64,000 nt of DNA from Burkholderiales bacterium (GTDB lineage Bacteria > Pseudomonadota > Gammaproteobacteria > Burkholderiales > JAHFRG01): positions 3,067 to 67,066 of the forward strand of contig DASPRI010000030.1 in NCBI GenBank assembly GCA_035624535.1, in the 5' to 3' direction. Positions 29,026-39,514 of this stretch are shown in pieces; position 1 is the stretch's first letter; each line of letters starts with the position of its first letter. The translations under genes were made by a program, and so were the position numbers. The notes below the pieces were generated by a model, which was not told where the DNA came from, searched no databases, and saw only the letters and a program-made list of their open reading frames with translations.

Positions 29026-31818
29026 ATGTTATCCGGTTTGCTTCGGAAAATATTCGGCAGCCGCAACGAGCGGCTGCTCAAGCAGTATCGCCATGCAGTG
29101 CGCGCAATCAACGCGCTGGAACCGGAATTTGAAAGGCTTTCGGACGGCGAGCTTCGCGCCAAGACGGACGAATTTCGGGACCGGCTGCAGGAGTCCGTTA
29201 AGCAGACCCGAGATAAAGCAAATAATGACGCCGGAAAGGGGCCGGCGCTTGAGGCCGAGCATGGCCGCGAGCGCAAGGTCATATTGGATGAACTGCTGCC
29301 CGAGGCATTCGCCGTCGTCCGCGAAGCCAGCAAGCGCACGCTTGCCATGCGCCATTTCGATGTGCAGTTAATCGGCGGCATCGTGCTCCACCACGGCAAA
29401 ATCGCTGAAATGCGAACCGGGGAGGGCAAGACCTTGGCCGCCACGCTGCCGGCCTATCTCAACGCGCTTGCTGGACACGGCGTGCACGTGGTGACTGTCA
29501 ACGATTACCTGGCGCAACGCGACGCGGACTGGATGGGAAAAATATACGGCTTTTTGGGTTTAAGCGTGGGCGTTAATCTCTCGCAGATGCCGCACGAGGC
29601 GAAACAAAAGGCCTATGCCGCGGATATTACCTACGGCACCAACAACGAATTCGGGTTTGATTACTTACGCGACAATATGGTGTATCAGCCCTCGGAACGC
29701 GTGCAGCGGGGCTTGCATTACGGCATCGTGGACGAAGTGGACTCGATCCTGATCGACGAGGCGCGCACTCCACTTATCATATCCGGTCAGGCGGACGACA
29801 CCACTGACCTTTATTACCGCATGAATGACTTGGTGCCGAAACTCACTCGCCAGCAGCAGGAAAACGGTCCGGGCGATTACAGCGTGGACGAAAAAAACAA
29901 TCAGATACTGCTCACGGAATCCGGGCATGAACATGCCGAGCAGCTGCTTGCCCGAGTCGGCTTGCTGCCGCCAAGCGGCAGCCTCTACGATGCCTCGCAT
30001 ATCAATCTAGTCCACCATTTATATGCTGCGCTAAAAGCTCACGCCCTGTTTCACAAGGATCAACACTACGTGGTGCAAAACGACGAAGTGGTCATTGTGG
30101 ACGAATTTACTGGGCGGTTGATGGTAGGACGGCGATGGTCAGATGGCCTACATCAGGCGGTAGAAGCGAAGGAAGGCGTGAAAATCCAGCGCGAAAACCA
30201 AACGCTTGCGTCGATTACCTTTCAGAATTATTTCCGCATGTACCAAAAGCTTGCTGGAATGACCGGTACTGCGGATACCGAGGCCTATGAATTTCAGCAA
30301 ATTTACGGACTGGAAACGGTAGTGATCCCTACGCATATGCCAATGATTCGGGACGACCGCCAGGATCAGGTGTACCGTACTGCCGGAGAGAAATACCGCG
30401 CAGTGATCAACGATATCAAAGATTGTTATGTGCGAAGTCAGCCTGCGCTGGTCGGTACTACTTCGATAGAGAACTCCGAGTTGTTGTCGGGGCTGCTGGC
30501 CAAAGAAAGGCTGCCGCACCAAGTGTTAAATGCCAAGCAGCATGCGCGCGAAGCTGAAATCGTGGCGCAGGCCGGGCAGCCGAAAGCCATTACCATCGCT
30601 ACCAACATGGCGGGACGCGGTACCGACATCGTGTTGGGGGGTAATCCCGAGCCGGAAATCAATCGGGTACGCGGCGACGACAATATCGATACTCAGGCAA
30701 AAGAATCCCGCATTGCAGTGATCCGTGAACAATGGCAGAAACTGCATCAACAGGTGGTAGCAGTAGGAGGTTTGCATATTATCGGCACCGAACGGCATGA
30801 ATCGCGACGCGTCGATAATCAGCTGCGCGGTCGCTCAGGGCGTCAGGGTGATCCGGGTTCCAGCCGCTTTTACCTCTCGCTGGAGGATCCGCTGCTGCGG
30901 ATCTTCGCTTCCGACCGGGTGGCGGCCATCATGCAACGACTCAATATGCCCGAAGGCGAGGCGATTGAACATCCCTGGGTAACCCGTGCAATTGAAAATG
31001 CGCAGCGCAAGGTGGAAGCGCGAAACTTTGACATCCGCAAGCAGTTACTGGAATACGACGATGTCGCCAACGACCAGCGCCGGGTGATTTACCAGCAGCG
31101 CAGCGAATTGCTCGAGACCACGGATATTTCGGACACGGTGCGCGCCATGCGCGAGGACGTGGCGAACGAATTAATCAACCTGCATATCGTGCCGGATAGC
31201 ATGGAGGAAGAATGGGATGTGGCGGGGCTGGAAAAAACACTTGCGTCCGAACTGCACCTTGAGCTGCCTTTACGTGAATGGTTAGAACGGGAGCCCGAAC
31301 TGCATGAAGAAACCCTGCGCAGCCGGGTTTTAGAAGCCGCCCACGGGGAGTACCATAGCAAGGCGGCGCTGGTCGGGCCTGAAATAATGCACCAATACGA
31401 ACGTGCGGTGATGTTGCAAAGTCTGGATACACACTGGCGCGAACATCTAGCTGCGCTCGACCATCTGCGCCAAGGTATACACTTGCGGGGATACGCCGCG
31501 AAGAATCCCAAGCAAGAATATAAGCGCGAGGCATTCGAGCTTTTCGCTTACATGCTCGATCTGATCAAGACCGAAGTCACCAAAACCGTGATGACGGTAC
31601 AGATCAAGAGCCAGCACGATGTGGAAGCCGCGGAGACGACGTCAGCTCCAGCCAACGTCCAATACCATCATGCCGATTATGACGAAGCACTCGCTGCGAC
31701 AAATAACGAATCCAAGGCGCGGCCGTTCGTGCGTGGCTCGCAGAAAATCGGGCGCAACGATCCCTGCCCGTGCGGCTCGGGAAAGAAATTTAAGCACTGC
31801 CACGGCGCCATGCGATAA
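29026..31818 (+). CDS. secA: Preprotein translocase ATPase SecA
   Basis: 930 aa beginning [15 protein letters not shown], with DEAD-like motor motifs and a C-terminal zinc-binding [14 protein letters not shown]. Confidence 0.97.
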   Translation: MLSGLLRKIFGSRNERLLKQYRHAVRAINALEPEFERLSDGELRAKTDEFRDRLQESVKQTRDKANNDAGKGPALEAEHGRERKVILDELLPEAFAVVREASKRTLAMRHFDVQLIGGIVLHHGKIAEMRTGEGKTLAATLPAYLNALAGHGVHVVTVNDYLAQRDADWMGKIYGFLGLSVGVNLSQMPHEAKQKAYAADITYGTNNEFGFDYLRDNMVYQPSERVQRGLHYGIVDEVDSILIDEARTPLIISGQADDTTDLYYRMNDLVPKLTRQQQENGPGDYSVDEKNNQILLTESGHEHAEQLLARVGLLPPSGSLYDASHINLVHHLYAALKAHALFHKDQHYVVQNDEVVIVDEFTGRLMVGRRWSDGLHQAVEAKEGVKIQRENQTLASITFQNYFRMYQKLAGMTGTADTEAYEFQQIYGLETVVIPTHMPMIRDDRQDQVYRTAGEKYRAVINDIKDCYVRSQPALVGTTSIENSELLSGLLAKERLPHQVLNAKQHAREAEIVAQAGQPKAITIATNMAGRGTDIVLGGNPEPEINRVRGDDNIDTQAKESRIAVIREQWQKLHQQVVAVGGLHIIGTERHESRRVDNQLRGRSGRQGDPGSSRFYLSLEDPLLRIFASDRVAAIMQRLNMPEGEAIEHPWVTRAIENAQRKVEARNFDIRKQLLEYDDVANDQRRVIYQQRSELLETTDISDTVRAMREDVANELINLHIVPDSMEEEWDVAGLEKTLASELHLELPLREWLEREPELHEETLRSRVLEAAHGEYHSKAALVGPEIMHQYERAVMLQSLDTHWREHLAALDHLRQGIHLRGYAAKNPKQEYKREAFELFAYMLDLIKTEVTKTVMTVQIKSQHDVEAAETTSAPANVQYHHADYDEALAATNNESKARPFVRGSQKIGRNDPCPCGSGKKFKHCHGAMR

Positions 31819-32111
31819 AAAATTGATCGCATAAATCAGCTGCCTGATAACCTGCGGTGGCTGTCGTGAACTCCTCAAACCAATTGAGTGAGAAAAACTG
31901 AACAGTTAAACGCAGGTCAGACAAGAAAAAGAGTTTTATGGAAGAAAGCCTTTAGCTGTTGATAGAGGCATTAGAATTCATTTCTACGGCACCTTAAAGG
32001 CGGTCGATGTTTGACGCAGTGGCGGTTGAGGCATGCGGCGACCAACACGCAAAATAACCGGCGCTATGCCGATTCGCGTCACGCAACGATTCCCGCACCA
32101 AAGGTACCGGT

Positions 32112-33236
32112 TCAAGTAAAAACCACTTGACGAGACTTCGAGCGCAATGGTTTTTCGATAAATTTATAAACAAAATGGCTAACAATAAGCACCATTGATA
32201 TCAATAAAAACGAGGCAATCGCGGTCTCCAAAATGGATAGTTGCGGTATGCTTCCGCCTTCAATTACCTTTTCAGGTTTCTTCAATACAAATCGGAAAAA
32301 TTGGTTCGCTATCCAAATAATGGCAAAGTGGCACATGTACATGCTGTAAGAAATAGTCCCCAGCCAAGTTAATGCCTTGAGATTTAATATGTTTTTCAAG
32401 ATACCTTCCTTTGATGAAACCAAAGTAAATATCAACGCTGCGGTAAAAAAGTACGTTAAGTAATCAAATTCAAGTTTTGGTTTGAGTGACAGAAAAACTA
32501 GCAATCCTAAAAATGAAATAATTGAGAAAATAGAGGGTACATTTATGTTGGTGTTCTCCTTTAGTTTTGCGGTAAGGCAGCCTAAAAAGAATCCGGCATA
32601 GCAGTCCAATAATGCATCAAAACCAAAAGTGTTTTGTTTGATTAGCAGCAGGATGGAAACAAGGAACAAAGCGAAGAAGATGAAGTCCTTTACATTTTTG
32701 AAGAACAACACGACAAGACCAAACAAAAGATAGGTATAAAACTCGACGCTTATTGACCACGAAGGCGCGTTAAACATTAAAGCGTGGCCGGTCGGTCCGA
32801 TTGCCTGTATTAAGAATATATTCTGAATTAGCGCCGTTAAAATGTCGCCCATGCTAAATCGTTGCGTGTGTGGATTGTATATGCCAAATGCATTGGCGAC
32901 GTATTTTGCCAATACAAAAACAAGAAACACCGTCAAGAATAACAAATGCACCGGGTACAGCCGTCCAAAACGTAAAAATTCAAAACGCAAAAGCTGTTTG
33001 CCGTTAGTAATTTTTGCGGAATAGGAATAATAAATGACATAGCCGGATAATACGAAAAACAATTCGACCATCAAGTAGCCATTGCGAATGATTCCGTAGT
33101 CATAAAAACCCGCATTCCAATACGAAATATGAAAAATTACGACTATTAGGGCCGCCAAGCCCCTAATGCTTTCCAACTCTTCAATCTTTGTCTGAGTTTG
33201 ATATGGCTCTTGCCGTGGGTATGTCACACTGGTCAT
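32112..33236 (-). CDS. Acyltransferase family 3 membrane O-acyltransferase
   Basis: 374 aa, about 10 hydrophobic helices. The N-terminal sequence ELESIRGLAALIVVIFH fits the acyltransferase-3 (OafA/NolL-like) pattern. G+C is markedly low relative to the neighbours. Confidence 0.75.
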   Translation of the reverse strand: MTSVTYPRQEPYQTQTKIEELESIRGLAALIVVIFHISYWNAGFYDYGIIRNGYLMVELFFVLSGYVIYYSYSAKITNGKQLLRFEFLRFGRLYPVHLLFLTVFLVFVLAKYVANAFGIYNPHTQRFSMGDILTALIQNIFLIQAIGPTGHALMFNAPSWSISVEFYTYLLFGLVVLFFKNVKDFIFFALFLVSILLLIKQNTFGFDALLDCYAGFFLGCLTAKLKENTNINVPSIFSIISFLGLLVFLSLKPKLEFDYLTYFFTAALIFTLVSSKEGILKNILNLKALTWLGTISYSMYMCHFAIIWIANQFFRFVLKKPEKVIEGGSIPQLSILETAIASFLLISMVLIVSHFVYKFIEKPLRSKSRQVVFT

Positions 33237-33519
33237 GTTAAATGCCGAAAACTGCTTAAATTTTTTGAAATAGTGTGCGTTAAGCGGACAGGTTTAGCAA
33301 GCAACAAAAATCTGCAGATTATTGTTGACATACCACAGGAAAATAATAACAAAATAGCTTAGCTAGACCTAAGACGAAACGGAAATGTACGGCACGCAAG
33401 AATTAACATGGAACATAACCCCACGGCACATCCGTGACAAAAAATGTGCGTTGTCGTGGTAAGCTAGCATAAACATCCGCCGAATCTGAGCTGACAAGCG
33501 CCGGCATGGGAGGCTGGTA

Positions 33520-34425
33520 ATGTCTTTGCGAAATCTGCGCGTGTACCAGTTTATGAATCGCTTGCGAGTATTACGCGACAGCTATTTGCTCAAATTTATG
33601 CTGGTCGTCTTTGTCGGTGCCTATTTGCCGTTTGTCGCACTTGTTGCTTATCTTGTCCTGTTCCAGCCCCATGGCTGGGCGGGCGCGCTGCGCGTATTTG
33701 TCGCCGTCTTGCTGGTAATCGTGGTTGGAACCTTGATCACGATTTTGTTTCTGCAAGGCCTGCTGAAACCAGTGCGCCAGACATCGGAGAGTCTCAAAAA
33801 GTACCTGTCGGAGCGGAGCCTGCCGAGCCTTCCCACCGTTTATGTGGATGAAGCGGGACAGCTTATGGCGGATGCCCAATACGTGATTTCGCGATTGGAC
33901 AATACGCTGCGGGAACTGGAAAACATTTCGCTTACCGATCATTTGACCGGTATGTACAACCGGCGCGCCGGCGAACATCGTCTTTCCGAGGAAATCGCGC
34001 GGGCGGAACGGGAAAACAAGCGATTCCTATTGGCGTTTATCGATCTCAATTTTCTAAAGCAGATCAATGACCAGCATGGCCACGATGCCGGAGACGCCTG
34101 TCTCATTCATTTCGCGTCGCTGTTGGCGGATTGCGTCCGCAAAGGCGACTGGTGCGCGCGCTGGGGCGGTGACGAATTCGTACTCGCGGTGTACCAGCCG
34201 GACATTGAATCTGATCTGGTATTTAATCGCGTACTGACGGAGCTCGAATCCAAGCCTTGCCAAGTGCGGCAAAACTTGACCCTCCCTCTCAGCGTCAGCA
34301 TTGGCGTGGCTATCTATCAGCGCGGCATGTCTGTGGAAACTCTGGTGCAACAGGCTGACCGTGCGATGTATCAGGCAAAAATGCGGGGTGGTGGGAATTC
34401 CAAGGTTGTGTTTTTTGGAAAATAG
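33520..34425 (+). CDS. Membrane-anchored diguanylate cyclase (GGDEF domain)
   Basis: 301 aa with two N-terminal transmembrane helices. The active-site GGDEF motif (RWGGDEFVLAV) is present, with an RxxD I-site (RKGD) exactly 5 residues upstream. Confidence 0.85.
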   Translation: MSLRNLRVYQFMNRLRVLRDSYLLKFMLVVFVGAYLPFVALVAYLVLFQPHGWAGALRVFVAVLLVIVVGTLITILFLQGLLKPVRQTSESLKKYLSERSLPSLPTVYVDEAGQLMADAQYVISRLDNTLRELENISLTDHLTGMYNRRAGEHRLSEEIARAERENKRFLLAFIDLNFLKQINDQHGHDAGDACLIHFASLLADCVRKGDWCARWGGDEFVLAVYQPDIESDLVFNRVLTELESKPCQVRQNLTLPLSVSIGVAIYQRGMSVETLVQQADRAMYQAKMRGGGNSKVVFFGK

Positions 34426-34458
34426 CATTCGCGCTCCCGGAGTTTTTCAGGAAAATCC

Positions 34459-35688
34459 ATGCCAGTCAACTTGACCCAGCCGCTTGCTGAACAATTATTG
34501 CCGGTGAAAGGCGTGGCCTTGGGGGTCGCGGAAGCCGGAATAAAAAAACCGGGTCGCAAAGATTTGCTAGTAATTACGCTTGCACAAGGATCGAAAATTG
34601 TCGGAGTATTCACCCAGAATCGTTTTTGCGCGGCGCCGGTGCTGGTTTCCCGCGAACACCTGCAAGCGAAACTACCGGTATGGGCATTGCTGGTCAACAC
34701 CGGCAACGCCAATGCCGGGACCGGAGACGAGGGCGTCGACCACGCCCGTCAGACCTGCAGCGCGCTGGCAAAATTGCTGAAATGTGATCCGCGTTCGATC
34801 CTGCCATTTTCCACTGGGGTCATCATGGAACCCATGCCTGTGGAGTGCATTGTCGCCAGTCTGCCACGATGTGTCGCCAATCTGCACGAGAACAATTGGC
34901 TTAAAGCGGCGGAGGCCATAATGACTACCGACACCGTTCCCAAAGCACTGTCCAAGCAAGTATCGATAAACGGAGCAAAGGTGACCATCACCGGCATTGC
35001 GAAGGGCGCGGGAATGATCCGCCCCAACATGGCGACGATGCTGGCGTTCATCGCGAGCGACGCGCGCGTTGGCCTGCCTGTGCTACGAAGCGTGGCGCGT
35101 CGTGCGGCCGACGATTCGTTCCATTGCATCACCGTTGATGGCGACACTTCGACTAATGATGCATTCATGCTAATGACCACCGGCCAGGCGCAGATGCCGG
35201 AAATTACCGGTATCAATAGTCGTGAATCGATAATATTTCGCGGCGTCATTACTGAAATGGCGCAATGGCTGGCGCAGGCCATGGTGCGCGACGGCGAGGG
35301 GGCAACCAAGTTCATTACCATCAGCGTCGAAGGCGGAAAGCGTCACGAAGAATGCGTCAAAGTCGCGTTTGCCATCGCTCATTCACCTTTGGTCAAAACC
35401 GCTTTTTTTGCATCCGATCCCAACCTCGGGCGAATTCTTGCTGCAATCGGATATGCGGGAATTGCCGATCTAGATGTAAGCAAAATCAGTCTGTATCTGG
35501 ATGAGGTTCTGGTGGCAGAAAACGGTCGTCGGGCGATACGTTATAATGAAGCGGACGGGCAGGAAGTAATGCGCAAGCAGGAAATCCGCATACGCGTGCT
35601 GCTCGGACGCGGGTCGGCAACGAGCAAAACATGGACCTGCGATCTCTCGCCCGAATATGTGAAGATCAATTCCGAATACCGAACCTAG
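34459..35688 (+). CDS. argJ: Bifunctional ornithine acetyltransferase / N-acetylglutamate synthase
   Basis: 409 aa with the autoprocessing site region ([12 protein letters not shown]) and the family-typical C-terminus ([10 protein letters not shown]). Confidence 0.95.
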   Translation: MPVNLTQPLAEQLLPVKGVALGVAEAGIKKPGRKDLLVITLAQGSKIVGVFTQNRFCAAPVLVSREHLQAKLPVWALLVNTGNANAGTGDEGVDHARQTCSALAKLLKCDPRSILPFSTGVIMEPMPVECIVASLPRCVANLHENNWLKAAEAIMTTDTVPKALSKQVSINGAKVTITGIAKGAGMIRPNMATMLAFIASDARVGLPVLRSVARRAADDSFHCITVDGDTSTNDAFMLMTTGQAQMPEITGINSRESIIFRGVITEMAQWLAQAMVRDGEGATKFITISVEGGKRHEECVKVAFAIAHSPLVKTAFFASDPNLGRILAAIGYAGIADLDVSKISLYLDEVLVAENGRRAIRYNEADGQEVMRKQEIRIRVLLGRGSATSKTWTCDLSPEYVKINSEYRT

Positions 35689-35694
35689 TGCTCC

Positions 35695-36633
35695 ATGGCC
35701 GCAGCCAAGGGAATAAAAAATCCGCAACGCGAACGCTTGCGCCCAATGTCGGCAGCAGATGCAAGAGAATTGAGCGCACTCCTGGAGCGCGTTGACGCAT
35801 TTCTTGACAAGCTTGAGCGCTGGCTGCCACTGCCGCCCGGCGAGCCGGACTGGGACTCGTCAATCGCTTTTCGCTGGCGCAAACGCAATGCCAGCGGATA
35901 CATTCAGCCGGTTTCCCACCCGCACCGCATCCGCCTTAAGGACTTGCTCGGCATCGAGCAGCAAAAACATTTAATCGATCAAAATACCCGGCAATTTGTA
36001 CACGGATATCCGGCCAACAACGTATTGCTAACGGGCGCACGGGGTACCGGAAAATCATCGCTCGCGAAAGCGGTGCTGAACAAATACGCGGCAAAAGGAC
36101 TGCGCCTCATCGAGGTCGACAAACATGATCTCATTGATATGCCTGACATCGTTGAGCAGATTTACCGGCGCCCAGAGCGTTTCCTGCTGTTTTGCGATGA
36201 TCTGTCGTTCGAATCGGACGAACCGGGCTACAAGGCACTCAAGGCGGTGCTGGACGGTTCGATCGCAACGACTTCAGAGAATGTGCTAATTTACGCGACT
36301 TCCAACCGGCGTCATCTGATGCCCGAATATATGCAGGAAAATCTCATGACCCGCGTGGTGGGCGAAGAAGTGCATCCCAGCGAAGGAGTGGAAGAAAAAA
36401 TTTCTTTTTCTGAGCGCTTTGGACTCTGGCTCTCGTTCTACCCGTTCAACCAGGACGATTATTTGCGCATTGTTGAACACTGGCTGGGTTACCTCAATGT
36501 GCGCAACCCGAGTTCTAGCGAAATACGCGAAAGTGCTCTGCAATGGGCCCTTTTGCGCGGCTCGCGCTCCGGACGAGTGGCATGGCAATTCGCTTGCGAC
36601 TGGGCGGGCAGGCACGGCATTAAATCAGAATGA
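35695..36633 (+). CDS. P-loop ATPase, DUF815 family
   Basis: 312 aa with the Walker A motif LLTGARGTGKSS and Walker B-like FLLFCDDLSF. Confidence 0.7.
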   Translation: MAAAKGIKNPQRERLRPMSAADARELSALLERVDAFLDKLERWLPLPPGEPDWDSSIAFRWRKRNASGYIQPVSHPHRIRLKDLLGIEQQKHLIDQNTRQFVHGYPANNVLLTGARGTGKSSLAKAVLNKYAAKGLRLIEVDKHDLIDMPDIVEQIYRRPERFLLFCDDLSFESDEPGYKALKAVLDGSIATTSENVLIYATSNRRHLMPEYMQENLMTRVVGEEVHPSEGVEEKISFSERFGLWLSFYPFNQDDYLRIVEHWLGYLNVRNPSSSEIRESALQWALLRGSRSGRVAWQFACDWAGRHGIKSE

Positions 36634-37634
36634 GGTGTATTTCCGCGGAGCGCAATCAACCGCTGTTGAAAGAGGATGATTCATGCGGCGGCAACACGCT
36701 CAATGTTGCCGCGGCGGTAATCCTTAAACCTGACGGGCAGTTTCTGCTGGCGCAACGACCGGCCGGCAAACCCTACGCCGGTTATTGGGAGTTTCCCGGC
36801 GGCAAGATCAAAGCGCATGAATCGAGCGAACAAGCGTTGCGTCGCGAATTGCAGGAAGAACTGGGCATTCACGCCGAGCAGGTCTACCCCTGGCTGACTC
36901 AGGATTACCGTTATCCGCATGCCACCGTCAGGCTAATCTTCCACCGCGTATTGCGCTGGAGCGGCGAGCCGCATGGCAGAGAAAACCAGCAATTATCGTG
37001 GCAAAGCGCAGAACGAGTTTATGTTGCACCGCTGCTGCCTGCCAACGGCCCAGTGTTGCGCGCGCTTAGCCTGCCCCCCGTCTATGCCATCAGCAACGCT
37101 GCGGAATTGGGCAAAGACAATTTTATGCAACGCCTGGAGCAGGGCTTGCAGAACGGTCTGCGCTTGATCCAGGTCAGGGAAAAGTGCATGGCGGAGGGCG
37201 AGTTTGAGCAATTTGCCGCTGCGGTTATCAGCGCCGCACGCCGCTATCGGGCGAAGGTATTGGTAAACGGGGACATCCGGCTGGCGCAGGAACTTGGCGC
37301 AGATGGAGTGCATTTGACGTCGAAGCAAATCATGTCGCTCAAGCATCGCCCGCAAGTCGAATGGTGCGGGGCATCCTGTCATGACCGTGAACAGTTGCAT
37401 CGCGCTGCAGCTTTGGGAGCGGATTTCGCAGCGCTCGCTCCGGTTTTACCGACCTTAAGCCACCCCGGAGCTCCAGGGATGGGATGGCAGTCATTTGCAA
37501 AATTGGTCGATGGATACAGTCTTCCCGTCTATGCCCTGGGAGGGATGCGACAACAGCATCTAAGCATAGCCTGGTCGCACGGCGCGCATGGCATAGCGAT
37601 GATGCGCGGCGCGTGGCTGGTAAGGAACCTCTGA
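36630..37634 (+). CDS. mutT: Nudix hydrolase (MutT-like) fused to a thiamine-phosphate-synthase-like domain
   Basis: 334 aa. The N-terminal Nudix box is GGKIKAHESSEQALRRELQEELG. The C-terminal roughly 180 aa is TIM-barrel ThiE-like (LIQVREK ... VHLTS ... GASCH ... YALGG). Its start overlaps the preceding stop in an ATGA arrangement. Confidence 0.85.
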   Translation: MRCISAERNQPLLKEDDSCGGNTLNVAAAVILKPDGQFLLAQRPAGKPYAGYWEFPGGKIKAHESSEQALRRELQEELGIHAEQVYPWLTQDYRYPHATVRLIFHRVLRWSGEPHGRENQQLSWQSAERVYVAPLLPANGPVLRALSLPPVYAISNAAELGKDNFMQRLEQGLQNGLRLIQVREKCMAEGEFEQFAAAVISAARRYRAKVLVNGDIRLAQELGADGVHLTSKQIMSLKHRPQVEWCGASCHDREQLHRAAALGADFAALAPVLPTLSHPGAPGMGWQSFAKLVDGYSLPVYALGGMRQQHLSIAWSHGAHGIAMMRGAWLVRNL

Positions 37635-37898
37635 TTTAGTCCTTCGCGAATTGCGTTGCTGGAAAAATGCGGATGGCTGCGAGGCGCGCGACGAAGGTCG
37701 TAGTTAAGCCTACGAAGCCGAGGAGCGCAACGACGCAGACGCCGCATTTTGCCGCAACCCTAAGGGACGGGGCAATCCGTGCGCATGGCTTCGCTGTTCG
37801 TCGCTTATTTGGCCTCCACCAAACGGCGCTCCTCACGCCTCGCCCTACATCCGGATTGCACACCGTCGCAACCGCGAAGGGCTAAATCAGAGGTTCCC
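37623..37898. mobile_element. MITE-like palindromic element with ~32-nt terminal inverted repeats, flanked by TA
   Basis: The left arm, 37624-37655 (GGAACCTCTGATTTAGTCCTTCGCGAATTGCG), matches the reverse complement of 37867-37897 (GGAACCTCTGATTTAGCCCTTCGCGGTTGCG) at 29 of about 32 positions. Further imperfect complementarity runs inward. TA dinucleotides lie at 37621-37622 and 37899-37900. No transposase is present. Confidence 0.5.
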
Positions 37899-38077
37899 TA
37901 CGGCTGTTGGTTTCTTTTCTGGTGCTCAGGAATACGGTAACTTTCCGCCGCCCATTGCCCGAGATCGATCAACTTGCAGCGTTTGGAGCAAAACGGGCGG
38001 TAGCGATTGCCTTCATCCCAAGGTACGCTTTTCCCGCATTGCGGGCATTGCACCTTGGTCCGTTGCGATCGTTTCAT
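37898..38077 (-). CDS. yacG: DNA gyrase inhibitor YacG (zinc finger)
   Basis: The [20 protein letters not shown]...[16 protein letters not shown] pattern is the YacG zinc ribbon. Its ATG overlaps the zapD stop (ATGA). The track start at 38122 is an extension. Confidence 0.85.
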   Translation of the reverse strand: MKRSQRTKVQCPQCGKSVPWDEGNRYRPFCSKRCKLIDLGQWAAESYRIPEHQKRNQQP

Positions 38078-38850
38078 TGCAGGTTGCAGAAAGTCAGCTC
38101 GAACTCTACATCGGATTCGCATGCGTGCGGCCGCTGCACTCCTTCCTGGATGGTGAAGCGGATGTTGAGCGCGTAGCGATTTGCGCTGATTTCGGGAATG
38201 CAGTGTAAACTGTCCTGCACCCCTATGCGCAGCAAGTGTGCCGGTTTTCCAGTAAGTATTTGCTGAAACATACCTTGGTGCGCGGTGTGCGTGCTGGATT
38301 TTCCGTTCTCACGCAAAAGTTTCAGCAGGATGACGATGCAGTCGCGGATCGGCAAGAACGGTGCAAACCATTGGGCAAGATGCTGCCTGCGGCAGGCCGC
38401 ATCCTGGTGCAGCCAGTAATGGTACGAGGGCAAATCGAATTCACAGGCGCCGCCCGGGATAATGGTGCGCTGCTTAATGCTCATCAACCATTCGTTGTCG
38501 CGCATGTCCTGGCCGATCTTACCGGGTAGGTCCCGTAATTGTCTTGTCGCCTGTTCAATGTTCCGCAGAATCTCATCGAGTGCGCGCTCTGAAACACCAG
38601 GGTTGCCGTGCAATGCCTCGAGATTCTGCTTTTGCCTTTCCATTTCCTGCAGCAAGTCCGATTTCAGGTCCGCGCGGCTTGTCACTTCGAGCATTTCGAA
38701 TAGAAACAGCAATGCCGTGTGATTTTCCATGGCCTCAGACTTGTCCGAGAAATACTCGACTTTGCGATAGAGGTCCTCGAGCCGCAGCAGCGTTCGAATA
38801 CGCTCGTTAAGTGGATATTCGTAACTGATCACGGTGTTCGAAAAACCCAA
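38074..38850 (-). CDS. zapD: Cell division protein ZapD
   Basis: 258 aa beginning [20 protein letters not shown], typical of ZapD (YacF). It sits in the coaE-zapD-yacG order. Confidence 0.85.
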   Translation of the reverse strand: MGFSNTVISYEYPLNERIRTLLRLEDLYRKVEYFSDKSEAMENHTALLFLFEMLEVTSRADLKSDLLQEMERQKQNLEALHGNPGVSERALDEILRNIEQATRQLRDLPGKIGQDMRDNEWLMSIKQRTIIPGGACEFDLPSYHYWLHQDAACRRQHLAQWFAPFLPIRDCIVILLKLLRENGKSSTHTAHQGMFQQILTGKPAHLLRIGVQDSLHCIPEISANRYALNIRFTIQEGVQRPHACESDVEFELTFCNLQ

Positions 38851-38896
38851 AATTTAATTCTCACTCATTAATCCGGCTTTGACAAACAGCGCATCA

Positions 38897-39514
38897 TCAC
38901 GCCTGGTTCGATTCCTGCTGCGACAGCCTGAGATATTTCTGGTGCAATTTGTCGACCCGATTTTGCAGCTGTTCGAGGTTGGAGGTATTCGACAACACGT
39001 CATCGGCGAGTTTAAGCCGGGCCGACCGGCTTAGCTGCGTGGCCATGATGGCCCGCACCTCGGCTTCGCTCAAGCGGCTACGTGCCATGGCGCGGCCGAT
39101 TTGTTCCTTTTGATCGCAGTCCACGACCAGCACTCGCTGCACGAGCTTGCGCCAGTTGCCCGTTTCGAGCAGCAATGGCACCACCAACACGGCATACGGA
39201 GTGGTGGCGCGAGCAAGTTGCTGCAAGGCATCGGCGCGAATCAGCGGGTGCAATAACGCCTCGAGTTTTTTTTTCGCGCGCGGGTCGGAGAATATGCGGT
39301 TGCGCAGCCGAGCGCGGTCTAATGAGCCGTCACTATTAAATACCTCGTTGCCAAAGTGCCGGCGGATTGCCGCAAGAGCTGGTCCGCCAGGAGCGGTAAG
39401 ACGATGCGAGATGGCGTCCGTGTCCACAACCTGGACGCCGCGATCGGCGAATTTCTGCGCGGCGCTGCTCTTGCCACAGCCAATGCCCCCGGTTAAGCCT
39501 ACCGTAAAGGGCAT
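38897..39514 (-). CDS. coaE: Dephospho-CoA kinase
   Basis: 205 aa from MPFTVGLTGGIGCGKSS (P-loop). The 301-aa track ORF merely extends upstream into pilD. Confidence 0.9.
   Translation of the reverse strand: MPFTVGLTGGIGCGKSSAAQKFADRGVQVVDTDAISHRLTAPGGPALAAIRRHFGNEVFNSDGSLDRARLRNRIFSDPRAKKKLEALLHPLIRADALQQLARATTPYAVLVVPLLLETGNWRKLVQRVLVVDCDQKEQIGRAMARSRLSEAEVRAIMATQLSRSARLKLADDVLSNTSNLEQLQNRVDKLHQKYLRLSQQESNQA

Noticed and set aside
37636-37885. ORFs of 72 aa (+) and 75 aa (-) inside the MITE-like element.
   Set aside because: They are mutually antisense within a palindromic repeat and are Arg/Ala/Thr-rich low-complexity sequences. A structural, non-coding interpretation fits better.
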